Positions 47,260 to 57,505 are shown, counted from the stretch's first letter. The stretch is DNA of 64,000 nt from Spirochaetia bacterium (GCA_965226055.1 CBDDCA010000005.1:480001-544000); one strand, 5' to 3'. Notes: generated by a model not told the origin, from the sequence alone. Program-made: numbers and translations.

Positions 47260-48345
47260 ATGAGTACATTTTTCCTTTGCTGTGACGTCGGTGGAACAAA
47301 TACGAGTATTGGGCTTATGCAAAAAGATGAACATGCATATGTTACATTAGTAAATATTCAAAGCTACAAATCCCAAGAAATTGCAGATCTTACTGTTACA
47401 TTACACAACACTATAGCTTTGTTTAAGAACAAACATAGCATAAAAAAAATACCTCCACTGTGCATCAGTGCTGCAGGACCTACCGATGGAGAAACATGTG
47501 CTCTATCCAACCTAAAGAACTGGATTATCAACAGAAAAGAAATAGAACATTCACTCCATACTCCTGTTTTCTTAATCAATGATTTTTCTGCTATTGCGTA
47601 CAGCCTCATGGTATTACAGACAAAACAAGCAGTACAAATTTCTTATTCTGCTACACAAAAAACACACTCGCATGCTTCTATAACAGATACAACAAATACA
47701 ACAAAACTTGTTATTGGTGCAGGCACAGGATTAGGAGTTGCTATGCTCCATATTAGAAATAAACAAGTATCACTCATTCCTACCGAAGGAGGATGGAGAC
47801 ATTTTAGCTCCAGCGATCCAGTAACATTTCTGTACTACCAATACCTCTCTAAAAATATAAGTATTCCTTGCTATTGGGAAGAAGCTATCAGTGGTAAATA
47901 TGGCATTCCTTCTATTTGTAATTTTTTTGCAAACACTCAGTGTAGCAGTACTCATGAGCTTTTACCTACCCCACAAGAACAAAAAAGCCTACAACAACTC
48001 ATTACAATAACCGATCCAAAAGAACTTGCTCCCACTATTAGCATAAACGCTTCTCGTGAGGATAGTGCTTGTAAAAAGATAATGGATTTTTGGACTATAT
48101 TGTATGCAAAATTTTGCAGTGAATCTGCAACTATGTGTTTACCACAAGGAGGCTTATACATTGCAGGAGGAATTGCAGCTAAAAACCTCTCTTTTTTCAC
48201 TAGCAACAATTTATTTTATACACACTTTGTTCAGCATAATAATCAAGAGATAGAGAGACTACTCAAAAAAATACCTATGTATGTCATTACCGATTATTAC
48301 TCTTCACTGTATGGAGATGCATATTTCCTTGATACACAATTATAA
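47260..48345 (+). CDS. glk: Glucokinase
   Basis: DVGGTN, ISAAGP, LINDF.A, VIGAGTGLG, PTEGG, GGLYIAGGIA. Confidence 0.88.
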   Translation: MSTFFLCCDVGGTNTSIGLMQKDEHAYVTLVNIQSYKSQEIADLTVTLHNTIALFKNKHSIKKIPPLCISAAGPTDGETCALSNLKNWIINRKEIEHSLHTPVFLINDFSAIAYSLMVLQTKQAVQISYSATQKTHSHASITDTTNTTKLVIGAGTGLGVAMLHIRNKQVSLIPTEGGWRHFSSSDPVTFLYYQYLSKNISIPCYWEEAISGKYGIPSICNFFANTQCSSTHELLPTPQEQKSLQQLITITDPKELAPTISINASREDSACKKIMDFWTILYAKFCSESATMCLPQGGLYIAGGIAAKNLSFFTSNNLFYTHFVQHNNQEIERLLKKIPMYVITDYYSSLYGDAYFLDTQL

Positions 48346-48393
48346 TATCATACTCTCTCAGTATAGCATAACAGTGTACTACAAGGATATTGT

Positions 48394-48408
48394 AATAAAG
48401 TGCTTTTA
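48394..48408. repeat. Target-site duplication, left copy (AATAAAGTGCTTTTA)
   Basis: Identical 15-mer at 49624-49638. Confidence 0.9.
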
Positions 48409-49623
48409 TGTACTTTTACCATCTTGTGTGAACCCCCAAAATCCATGATAGTAATTATACTATCATGGAAATAATAAACAAAAACAAAAAAAAGGGGGTG
48501 AGTACATGATATACTCTACACTTTATAATACAAGAAATCAAAAAGAACTGCATAAGGTACGCTTAGCTATAGCACTTTCTGCGAAAGAACACGGTATCAA
48601 AAGTACTGCTCGTATCTTTCATGTATCTCCTAATACCGTACGCAAGTGGTTGCAAAGATACAAAGAGAAGCCTAAAGCTATGCTCTATGATAGACGTCCT
48701 GCTTCAGTAGAGCATCCAGATACTATGATACTTTACTATCAGTTAAAACTCAAAGAGATATGCGAAACATTACAGCACTATCATCAACGATGTATTGCCT
48801 CTCATATAAAACGAGAGTATACCATTCCTTATTCCATAAAAACTATTATTAAGTATCTAAGAAAGATGGGGTATTATAAGACAAGTAAAAAGCAAAAAGC
48901 ACAAAGAAACCAAGAAGCACGCCTATGGAAAACACTACTTCAATTTTGTCACAAAATACAAGTAGACATTAAATATCTTACTGATATCCCCGAATTATAC
49001 TTCTCATTACGCAAGTTTTGTCTCCCAAAGTATCAAATCACCGCACGTGATGTCGCTACGGGGGCTTTATGGATATGCTTTGCCACTCAAAAAAGCTCTT
49101 CTCATACCGCTTTGTTTATTGAATATCTGCTTACTCATCTTGCTTCTTTTCACGTTGATACTTCCTCTATTACTATTCAAACTGATAATGGCTCTGAGTT
49201 TATCTCAGGGGCTTTTAGTACAAAACAGTCTGCTTTTGTTGCTTCTCTTGCGGCATACGAGGCACGCCATACTACTATCCCATATGCTTCTCCTACTTAC
49301 AATTCTGATGTCGAGGCTTCTCATAAACTTATTGAAACTGAATGCTATGCAAAAATGCAGAATCCTACTCTCAGTACTTTTTTACACTTAAGTAGTGAGT
49401 ATCAATATAGCTTTAATCATCAACGCTATAACTCTTATAAACACGGCTCTCCTGCTGTATTACTCAAAGAAAAAAGTCCCTCTCTGGATCCTTGTGTACT
49501 TACTCTGCGCCCTCTTATTGTTGATACTTTCCTTACAACACGAACTTTACACACTTGGCATAATAGAAATTTTACGGTATACTGATTTTATCAAAAGGGT
49601 TCATACGAAATAGTAAAACTCCA
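48409..49623 (+). mobile_element. Complete IS481-family insertion sequence (1215 bp)
   Basis: IRL TGTACTTTTACCATCTTGTGTGAACCC and IRR TGGAGTTTTACTATTTCGTATGAACCC (21/27 identical); single transposase ORF; 15-bp flanking direct repeat. Confidence 0.9.
48506..49585 (+). CDS. IS481-type DDE transposase (HTH plus integrase core)
   Basis: HTH ARIFHVSPNTVRKW; DDE triad in QVDIKY, QTDNGSEF and DVEASH. Confidence 0.9.
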   Translation: MIYSTLYNTRNQKELHKVRLAIALSAKEHGIKSTARIFHVSPNTVRKWLQRYKEKPKAMLYDRRPASVEHPDTMILYYQLKLKEICETLQHYHQRCIASHIKREYTIPYSIKTIIKYLRKMGYYKTSKKQKAQRNQEARLWKTLLQFCHKIQVDIKYLTDIPELYFSLRKFCLPKYQITARDVATGALWICFATQKSSSHTALFIEYLLTHLASFHVDTSSITIQTDNGSEFISGAFSTKQSAFVASLAAYEARHTTIPYASPTYNSDVEASHKLIETECYAKMQNPTLSTFLHLSSEYQYSFNHQRYNSYKHGSPAVLLKEKSPSLDPCVLTLRPLIVDTFLTTRTLHTWHNRNFTVY

Positions 49624-49638
49624 AATAAAGTGCTTTTA
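49624..49638. repeat. Target-site duplication, right copy
   Basis: Identical to 48394-48408; includes the stop codon of 49636..50583. Confidence 0.9.
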
Positions 49639-50583
49639 ATGAATAATCATATTTTTTGGAGTACCGTTAAGATATGCTTGAAAATTATCTTTTACTAACT
49701 GTACAAGACGAACTCGTGTTTGTTTTGATAGCCACGCCATATGAGGAGTTATAATACAATTTTTTTTCCCTAATAAAGGACAATCTTTTTCCATAGGTTC
49801 TTTACATACTACATCAACCGCTACGCCTGCTATCTTTCCACTATCAAGAGCTTTTGCTACATCATATTCATTACATATAGATCCTCGTGCGGTATTGATA
49901 ATCATAACTCCATCTTTCATCTTTGATATACTCGTAGCATTTATAAGCTCCCGCGTATGCTCATTTAATGGACAATGAATACTAATAATATCAGATGAGT
50001 GCAAAAAACTGTCAAAATCAAGAAAAGAATAGTTATATCCCGATTTTTTTGTACGAGTAAATACAGCAACATGCATTCCCATACTTTCGGCAATTTTTGC
50101 TACCCTTGCTCCAATATCTCCCAGCCCTATTATCCCAAATGTTTTGTCCAATAATTCTATTTGAGGACTTTTTTGAAAACAAAATTTCTTTGTAGTAATC
50201 CATTCACCATCTTGTACAGCACGATTATGTATTGAAACATGATGGCATAATTCTAATAATAGTGCAAAAGTAAACTGTGCTACTGCATAGGTACTATAAT
50301 TTGGTACATTGCTGACAACAATATTATGTTTTTTTACTTCTTCAATATCTATATGATTGTACCCTGTTGATAACAATCCTATGTATTTTATGTTTGTATG
50401 CTGTAATACATATTTATCAATAACAACTTTACCTGAAAAAATATACTCTGCATCTCCTATACGATGAATTACTTCTTCTGGACTTGTTGAATCGTATACC
50501 ACGAGTTCACCAAACTCAGATAAAATATCCCAGCTCACATCATTTTGACTTACATGCTCACCATCCAATATTACAAGTTTCAT
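49636..50583 (-). CDS. D-2-hydroxyacid dehydrogenase (glycerate dehydrogenase-like)
   Basis: TGYN.ID, NVP.YS, GIIGLGDIG, HCPL, INTARG, TPH.AW. Confidence 0.93.
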   Translation of the reverse strand: MKLVILDGEHVSQNDVSWDILSEFGELVVYDSTSPEEVIHRIGDAEYIFSGKVVIDKYVLQHTNIKYIGLLSTGYNHIDIEEVKKHNIVVSNVPNYSTYAVAQFTFALLLELCHHVSIHNRAVQDGEWITTKKFCFQKSPQIELLDKTFGIIGLGDIGARVAKIAESMGMHVAVFTRTKKSGYNYSFLDFDSFLHSSDIISIHCPLNEHTRELINATSISKMKDGVMIINTARGSICNEYDVAKALDSGKIAGVAVDVVCKEPMEKDCPLLGKKNCIITPHMAWLSKQTRVRLVQLVKDNFQAYLNGTPKNMIIH

Positions 50584-51164
50584 AGATACTCACCATCACT
50601 ATGGGAAAGAGAATGAATCATTTCGGAATAATAATGTATCTCTTCCTTTGTAGTAATTTCATCAACAAAGGCATTGAAAAGTTCCACTACATTACGGTTA
50701 GCGACATATAACCTTTCCTGAATGATACCACACATAACTCTATACACATGTAATCCTATATCAGGAAACTTTATACATAAATTATCAAACATGAGCTTTG
50801 TTATCCGTAACCCTACTATGTCAGACATACTGGTAATAGTTCCAGAACGAGTGGTCTCTGCACATAACGCACTTTCTCCAACAAGACCATACTTATGCTT
50901 TTCTTTATTTGCTGGAATAATCGCTACAACAAAGTCATCACCCGAAATACTTTTGCGCTTCACTTCTACTACACCATCAATTAAAATAAACGCATCTTTG
51001 GCAACATCACCTTCCTTATATAAAACAGTATTCTTTTTTAACTTCATTGCTTTCAAATGTAAAAAAAAATCAACAAGCCCCATATGATTCTGAAGCCCCT
51101 TAAAAATTGCAATACTATTAATTAATTGCTTAATATCTCTTTTATTTACTTTTTTATTGAACAT
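50580..51164 (-). CDS. Stand-alone cyclic nucleotide-binding domain protein
   Basis: EGD.....FILIDG.VEV and phosphate-binding cassette GESAL.....RSGT; no obvious C-terminal HTH. Confidence 0.85.
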   Translation of the reverse strand: MFNKKVNKRDIKQLINSIAIFKGLQNHMGLVDFFLHLKAMKLKKNTVLYKEGDVAKDAFILIDGVVEVKRKSISGDDFVVAIIPANKEKHKYGLVGESALCAETTRSGTITSMSDIVGLRITKLMFDNLCIKFPDIGLHVYRVMCGIIQERLYVANRNVVELFNAFVDEITTKEEIHYYSEMIHSLSHSDGEYL

Positions 51165-52311
51165 GCTCTTTCCTTAGTATAATTATTGAACTATTTTCTA
51201 CTATAACATAATCATCAGGCGGCAAAATAATAGGATGATAAGGACGCAAGGTCTTTACTCGTTTTAAGTCTGAAATCATTTGAACAAAATTAGCTGTTTT
51301 CTGTGCATCTCTTATTGCTTGCTCTGATATTTGTGCCTTTTGTCCAGTGTTCTCCATTACCCCTAATATTAAAGAGTCAGGATATAGCTGAGAAAAATGT
51401 TGCTTAAAATCCTTAAAATTTTTTGATACAAAACTATTTTTAATTTTTTCAATTTGTAACGAAGAACCAGAATGAGAAAATCCAAAAAGCTCTTGCATGA
51501 CATTACTCATACCATTACTGCTTGCAGCTTTTGATAACATCTCTGTATGTAAATCTTTAGAATAAATTATTTCATCACACCCTACTCTTTGCAAATATGC
51601 TTCAAATTCTTTCTCTAGTAGCTGAGCACATACATACATATTTTTATTGACTGTTTTTAATGCAATAACGGTCATAACAATACGTGAATCAACATCAGAT
51701 CCAACTCCACCTATACTCCTATCCGAAAGAACCATTGCTTTTTTTGCAAACTTTGCATTTGCTCTTCTTAGTACACTTGTATCATAACTATATCCTCTTA
51801 TGTATGTAATTCCATACAGAGCTTTTTTATAAAATACCTCATCTACCTGCTCCTGAGGAACATCAGCTATTATCACAATTTTTTCTGCATCAAATTGCCC
51901 TTCATTTAGTATATATAGCAAAAATGATACCATCTGTTCTCGCCATCCACAAATAATAAGATGATTTTTTTGAGATTTCAATTTCATTCTTCCACTCCTT
52001 TCTTGGGATACTCTATCTATATACAATGTAGTAAGACTACCAGTAAACAACGCTGTTAATAGAATGCCTGAAAAAATAAGAAATATAATCATTATTTTCC
52101 CTAGCATACTAGTAGGGATAACATCTCCATACCCTGTGGTAGTAATAGAAACAATACTAAACCACATAGCATCAAATAAAGACATTATATTTTCATTATT
52201 CTTTTGTTCTATATAGAAAACAACTGAGCTTCCTATGATGACAATACATGCATATATAAAAAATAATCGTAATAAAAGATTTTTTTTAATTCTAAGGATA
52301 ATATTTTTCAT
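51154..52311 (-). CDS. 2-TM potassium channel with RCK domain (MthK/Kch-like)
   Basis: Pore DAMWFSIVSITTTGYGD; RCK HLIICGW, LRRANA..A; ATG 52311 is the likely start. Confidence 0.92.
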   Translation of the reverse strand: MKNIILRIKKNLLLRLFFIYACIVIIGSSVVFYIEQKNNENIMSLFDAMWFSIVSITTTGYGDVIPTSMLGKIMIIFLIFSGILLTALFTGSLTTLYIDRVSQERSGRMKLKSQKNHLIICGWREQMVSFLLYILNEGQFDAEKIVIIADVPQEQVDEVFYKKALYGITYIRGYSYDTSVLRRANAKFAKKAMVLSDRSIGGVGSDVDSRIVMTVIALKTVNKNMYVCAQLLEKEFEAYLQRVGCDEIIYSKDLHTEMLSKAASSNGMSNVMQELFGFSHSGSSLQIEKIKNSFVSKNFKDFKQHFSQLYPDSLILGVMENTGQKAQISEQAIRDAQKTANFVQMISDLKRVKTLRPYHPIILPPDDYVIVENSSIIILRKEHVQ

Positions 52312-53659
52312 GTTTACATTCAAAGAGAGATACAATAGTTATTGCAAAATTAGTTGTTAATGCACTACGCATAGGCTTAAAAAGTATGTCAAAGCCAAAA
52401 ATAATAATCATGGCAGGCTGTAGTGGTATTCCAAATAATAACAAATATATTCCTAATAGAGGGAGCAACAACATACTTTGATCAGTAGTAGGAACAAATG
52501 AAAATAATGTTGCAATACATGATAATACAATAAAATCCATAGAGAACAAAGGGAAAGAAAAGATATGAGATAACACAAATACAATGAATACAAAATATAT
52601 TACATTCCCCATACGAGCAAAGAAAAAATATAATGGCATAAATGATTTAATTCCAATCAAGTTTCCTCTCATATACAAAGCAGTATTTTGTACTGAACTA
52701 TACATAGCTACTATACTGCTACCACTACTCAATGATATAAACATAGGATATGCCAATACACGTAATGCTGTCTTTATGCTACATTTTGTTGTAATAATAA
52801 TAAGAATAAAATTTATAATAATAAAGAAAAACCCTATCATATAATATATATATATATACTGCATAAGAGCATATGCTATATTTTTATTGATAAGCTCTTT
52901 TATCATATAAGGAAGAAATAGCACTATCCAAAGAGGTATCCACTGTAGCATAATTTCCACTGCTCTAAACGCACTAATAGCAATAAATTGTACATTGTGC
53001 ATAAAAGCATCCAGAATAACTTTTATATTCCTATTAGCATGTTCGTGTTGGGTGTTTCGCATAAAAAGAGTAACAGTTCCTAACAAAAGAAAAAGAACAA
53101 ATACCATACATAAAAATATAAATAGCAACAAAGGCATATAGCTACGATTATTATTTTCATATACTTTTTTCAATACCATATTATTGTTCATAAACATAGT
53201 ATCAAAAGAGGCATAGTTCGACTCAATATCTAAGATTTCACTTATACTTTCTTCCTCAAGAAATGTTTCATATATAATACTTTGCTCGACAATTTCTTCT
53301 GCAAGCAATGTTTCCTGATATGTTTTAGGAACAAAAAACACTAGTATGAATAAAACCATAAACGAAAGTAACAGCATAATCACAATGCTAATAGCAACAT
53401 GAAACCACATACGAGACAATAATTTTTTGTGAGAAAATATTCCATTAAAGGTTATAATAACATTAGCAAAAAATATAATAGCAACTACAATCTGAAATAT
53501 ACTTACAATAAAAACAATAAAAAATTGTATAAAAGGATGACGCATAATTGAATCTACCCATTTTATATTTGTAAAAAATGCTAAGTAGGACCCAACTAAA
53601 AAAAATATAAAAGTAATAATAGGATGTATTTTTATATATAATAGATTATTATTTTTCAC
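52292..53659 (-). CDS. Divergent dicarboxylate/amino acid:cation symporter (DAACS/SDF)-like membrane protein
   Basis: Multi-TM; serine-rich HP1-like SLSSGSSIVAM, SFMPL....ARMG (NMDG position), D....PMRS (TM8-like). Confidence 0.65.
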   Translation of the reverse strand: MKNNNLLYIKIHPIITFIFFLVGSYLAFFTNIKWVDSIMRHPFIQFFIVFIVSIFQIVVAIIFFANVIITFNGIFSHKKLLSRMWFHVAISIVIMLLLSFMVLFILVFFVPKTYQETLLAEEIVEQSIIYETFLEEESISEILDIESNYASFDTMFMNNNMVLKKVYENNNRSYMPLLLFIFLCMVFVLFLLLGTVTLFMRNTQHEHANRNIKVILDAFMHNVQFIAISAFRAVEIMLQWIPLWIVLFLPYMIKELINKNIAYALMQYIYIYYMIGFFFIIINFILIIITTKCSIKTALRVLAYPMFISLSSGSSIVAMYSSVQNTALYMRGNLIGIKSFMPLYFFFARMGNVIYFVFIVFVLSHIFSFPLFSMDFIVLSCIATLFSFVPTTDQSMLLLPLLGIYLLLFGIPLQPAMIIIFGFDILFKPMRSALTTNFAITIVSLFECKHEKYYP

Positions 53660-53669
53660 GCTCTTTTCC

Positions 53670-54524
53670 TTATGGACTCATGCTCTCATACTGCCCTACA
53701 CTCTGTAATGCTGAGTTGATAACAACAAGTAAATTACTATTATTTACATACATATTTCTTTGTAATACATAGTCATCCTTAAGAAACAACGGTTTATAAT
53801 ACATGAGAATACGTGGATTTTTCTGTATAATAGAGTGAGCATCAACTTCATTTAAGAATGCACTCTGTATATATCGACTTTGTAATTGATCTAGTACATC
53901 TTCAAGAGTATATATAGGAATGATACTTTTATCAAAATCACTCTTTACTAACTTTTCGTATAGACTTACGGTATACACAGCAACATTTTCATTTTTTGGT
54001 ATATTTGAGAATATGCTCCCTTGCTTATATTGAACGAAAGCAATAGTTTTCATCGTTACATATGCATTGCTTGATAACACTACATGCGATATAGTTTCCT
54101 CTAACATCTTTGAGTAGATAACAATATCTACTGTGTTATTCTTTAACAAAGCAAATAGTTCCTGAGAATTTTGTGCAGTTTGGTTTATATCACATACGAC
54201 ATTATTTCCCAGCAATGCTCTTACTTTTTCTATCACTTTTCCATCAATTCCAGAAAAAGAACATTGATAAGATGTATCTTTTGTTACACCGCTGTTAGAG
54301 AAGGTATTTTGTATAAATAAATCCGAATCTTGTACCAGCATCGCAATTCGTAATGTATCATTTTGAAGTACAAGTTCCGATGAAATAGAGTATGCATTTC
54401 CATCATTTGCATATGTTATATATCCAAAAAACATATATACAATACAAAAATACACAAAAGGTGAGATGATACCATTACGCAAAACGCTACAAAAAATACG
54501 ATATTTATAAAAATACAAAGACAT
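53670..54524 (-). CDS. Periplasmic substrate-binding protein-like (family 3/PBPb-like)
   Basis: LRIAM, FSGID, L...L....VDIV, LQ...I.SAFL.E pattern; upstream of the DAACS-like gene. Confidence 0.55.
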   Translation of the reverse strand: MSLYFYKYRIFCSVLRNGIISPFVYFCIVYMFFGYITYANDGNAYSISSELVLQNDTLRIAMLVQDSDLFIQNTFSNSGVTKDTSYQCSFSGIDGKVIEKVRALLGNNVVCDINQTAQNSQELFALLKNNTVDIVIYSKMLEETISHVVLSSNAYVTMKTIAFVQYKQGSIFSNIPKNENVAVYTVSLYEKLVKSDFDKSIIPIYTLEDVLDQLQSRYIQSAFLNEVDAHSIIQKNPRILMYYKPLFLKDDYVLQRNMYVNNSNLLVVINSALQSVGQYESMSP

Positions 54525-54702
54525 ATATCTTTCTCAATACTATATGGTATAATGCCATAAGAAATATTTTGATGTATGCTATGAGATAATTCACATACAA
54601 TACTACTATATATAAGTATCTACAAAATTCTCTCATTTCTTTATTGATATTTTTACAATAAATACAACATAAATAATAAAAACTATACTATAATATGTTT
54701 GT

Positions 54703-56802
54703 ATGAACAATAAAATAAAATACTCTTATATCTTTTTTACGATAATCATAGCATTCAGTATCACTAGCTGTTTCTTTTCTCTTGAAACAGAAAAAACAGT
54801 ACTAAAGCAAAAGATAACAGTACAAGCAAATGACCAAGAGAAAACTGTGATTAATGGTAAGACACTGACATCAGCAGCATTAAGTGGTGTTACAGGGCAA
54901 AAATTAAATGCATCAAACACACAGCATATATTTACTCTTCATAAATTGCCTGTATTGACAAAAAAATCATCAGTAAAATATTCTCAAGTACATTTAGAGT
55001 TAGATGGATACACGTATACCGATCTTGATAATAAAGACTTTTTTCTCATCATAAGTAACGCTAGCAGTTCTACCGATACAGATATACAGATAAGTGATTC
55101 CTTACGTACTATAGTGATACCAGATGACAGTTTTGATAGCATTGTACAAGAACAAGAATTATTATCACAAAGCAGTGTAGCCTCTCTTACAGACGATTAT
55201 ATGGATTTTAACAGTTCTACTGTAGGAAAAACACAACGCTCAATGATGTTCTTACAAGCTGCAGAAAAAGACAAAAATAAAAAATCACAGACTACATTAT
55301 TTAAGAAAATAGAAACAACAATACAAGGAAAAACTATTAGAATACTCATTTGGATAGACAATACCGCAGATAAAAGTAGAGCAGATAGGATACTTACATT
55401 ATTTGAACAAGATTTCTTTACCGATAAGAACGGTACTTCTCTATACAAAATGCTATACACACTTAATGGAAACAGTCACTTCTGGGGAGCACATCAAGCA
55501 AATAATGTGGCAGCACCAGAATCAGCACTTCATATTGGATTTGGGACACTCAATAACAATCAAAATGAAAACACATTAGGATTTATCTCTCCTCACCAAT
55601 TTTTTACAACCAAGATTTCAAAAAATGCAGAAAAAGAATCAGTTATTGAACCTACTATATATTTACACAGTGATTTCCTTAAAAATGAATCAACATTATC
55701 ATTATACAGATTTTATTCAACCTTTCTACATGAGTTACAACATATAAATCATCTCTATAACAGAAATATATCAAAATACCCTGGCAATAACATATCTACA
55801 CAAACATATATGGGAGACAGCTGGTTTAACGAATTTATAGCAATCATGACTGAACATGTATTTTTATATACTATACTAGAGAAATTAGATAAAGCCGATG
55901 CATTAGAGAATACATTAGATTACGCTGTTCTTGACGGAATAAGAAAAGGGTATTATCAGTTTAATTTTAACCTATTTAAGTATCAGCTCTTACAAAAAGA
56001 AAAATTAGTAACAAAAGTATATGATTTACATCAAATATTTTCCTCATATATTCTGGCAAATTATGGTGCAGATATAATATCAAACCTTATGCATAACAAT
56101 AGTACCAGAGACTTTAAGGTTAATGAAGAAGCTATATTTGATGCTATTAGCAACGCTGCTTTTAGTGAAACATTCTATAAAAACTATCAATCACATCATC
56201 AACCTCAGTCCTTTGATGAAGTTATAAACGATTTCTATGTATCTAATCTACTATCTGAAGTTCCAGTTCCGTTTACTACTAATCAAAATGATGCTTGGAT
56301 TAGTGCAGGACCAACAAAGATGTATGTATATAGCGATAATAACTTAAGCAAAGCAGAAATTAGAAATGGCAACGAATCAGTTGCCATTATCTCTGAGTTA
56401 CCAGTAAACAATAGCAATATAAAATCAATATTTAATAACAATAGAAAATTTGTAACATATAATACTGTATTTAGCCCATACCAACCACAACAAAGAGATT
56501 CTACATATACAAGTATTGCACAAAATGATGCAGAGATAAATTTTCCACAATTTTGGCTAAAGGGAGGTGGAGCAATACTCTCCTCAAAATCTACTATGAA
56601 TCAACAAAGATCTGACAATATATCAGGAACTCTTCAACAAGGACTAGGGGTATTTCTTTATTTAGGAGGAAAATCTGCAAAAAACAAAAATGCTTCCAGC
56701 ATTAGCTTTCCTAAGTTACTGAGCACAGATAAAGATGTAAACCTTTCTCTGGATATACAAATACCTACTGGCTCTGCTGCAACATTAGTTATTCTTGAAT
56801 AA
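54703..56802 (+). CDS. Lipoprotein zinc metallopeptidase (HEXXH, M30-like)
   Basis: Lipobox SITSC; STFLHELQHINH followed by WFNE third-ligand motif. Confidence 0.78.
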   Translation: MNNKIKYSYIFFTIIIAFSITSCFFSLETEKTVLKQKITVQANDQEKTVINGKTLTSAALSGVTGQKLNASNTQHIFTLHKLPVLTKKSSVKYSQVHLELDGYTYTDLDNKDFFLIISNASSSTDTDIQISDSLRTIVIPDDSFDSIVQEQELLSQSSVASLTDDYMDFNSSTVGKTQRSMMFLQAAEKDKNKKSQTTLFKKIETTIQGKTIRILIWIDNTADKSRADRILTLFEQDFFTDKNGTSLYKMLYTLNGNSHFWGAHQANNVAAPESALHIGFGTLNNNQNENTLGFISPHQFFTTKISKNAEKESVIEPTIYLHSDFLKNESTLSLYRFYSTFLHELQHINHLYNRNISKYPGNNISTQTYMGDSWFNEFIAIMTEHVFLYTILEKLDKADALENTLDYAVLDGIRKGYYQFNFNLFKYQLLQKEKLVTKVYDLHQIFSSYILANYGADIISNLMHNNSTRDFKVNEEAIFDAISNAAFSETFYKNYQSHHQPQSFDEVINDFYVSNLLSEVPVPFTTNQNDAWISAGPTKMYVYSDNNLSKAEIRNGNESVAIISELPVNNSNIKSIFNNNRKFVTYNTVFSPYQPQQRDSTYTSIAQNDAEINFPQFWLKGGGAILSSKSTMNQQRSDNISGTLQQGLGVFLYLGGKSAKNKNASSISFPKLLSTDKDVNLSLDIQIPTGSAATLVILE

Positions 56803-56828
56803 AGCATACAATATTGATGCTTATTATA

Positions 56829-57236
56829 TCAATCTCTGCTAAGCATTTTTTCTATGTTTTTAATTGATTTTTCTACTGTATTTAAGCGATATTCCATAGT
56901 ATTAAGCACCCAAAACATAAAATGATTATGTTTATGCTGAGAATATATCATTAACATTATTTTTGCAGACACAAGAAAAATTGCAAGTTCAAGTGATATA
57001 AAATCAGGAAGAATTTTGAAAACAGCTTGTAAAAACAGCAAAGATAACAATAAAATAGCAAACACCATATTTGTAATAAGATCTTTAGAAGAAAATTTTG
57101 CCCCTCCAAGCTCTCCTATATCTTTCCTTATTTTTTCTTTTTCTGCTTCATAGTATTTAATCTCCTCTCGCAACCGCTCCTTCCTATTGTGCATTTCTAT
57201 ATCATGTTCTTTTTGTTCTTTATTTTTAGTTTTCAT
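56829..57236 (-). CDS. Hypothetical 2-TM coiled-coil protein
   Basis: 135-aa ORF: coiled coil, two TMs, HFMFWVLNTMEYRLN, coiled coil. Confidence 0.75.
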   Translation of the reverse strand: MKTKNKEQKEHDIEMHNRKERLREEIKYYEAEKEKIRKDIGELGGAKFSSKDLITNMVFAILLLSLLFLQAVFKILPDFISLELAIFLVSAKIMLMIYSQHKHNHFMFWVLNTMEYRLNTVEKSIKNIEKMLSRD

Positions 57237-57286
57237 TTCTTTTCATATTCTCCTTTATGATATAATTGTACAAGAAAGGAGAAAAT

Positions 57287-57505
57287 ATGACAGAACAAAA
57301 AAAAGCATATACATGCATAAAATGTGGCTCAGCCGATTTTACACAAGGAGAAGCACGAACTACTGGTGGCTTTCTTTCAAAACTAGTCGATGTACAAACC
57401 AACAAATTTGTCACCATAGAATGCAATAATTGTGGGTACACCGAATTTTACAAAAGAAAATCTTCAATGGGTGGAAATATAGTAGATTTTCTCTTTGGAG
57501 GATAA
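57287..57505 (+). CDS. Zinc-ribbon domain protein (DUF2082-like)
   Basis: CxKCG...C.NCGYTEFY...NIVDFLFGG; SD AAAGGAG before ATG 57287. Confidence 0.88.
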   Translation: MTEQKKAYTCIKCGSADFTQGEARTTGGFLSKLVDVQTNKFVTIECNNCGYTEFYKRKSSMGGNIVDFLFGG

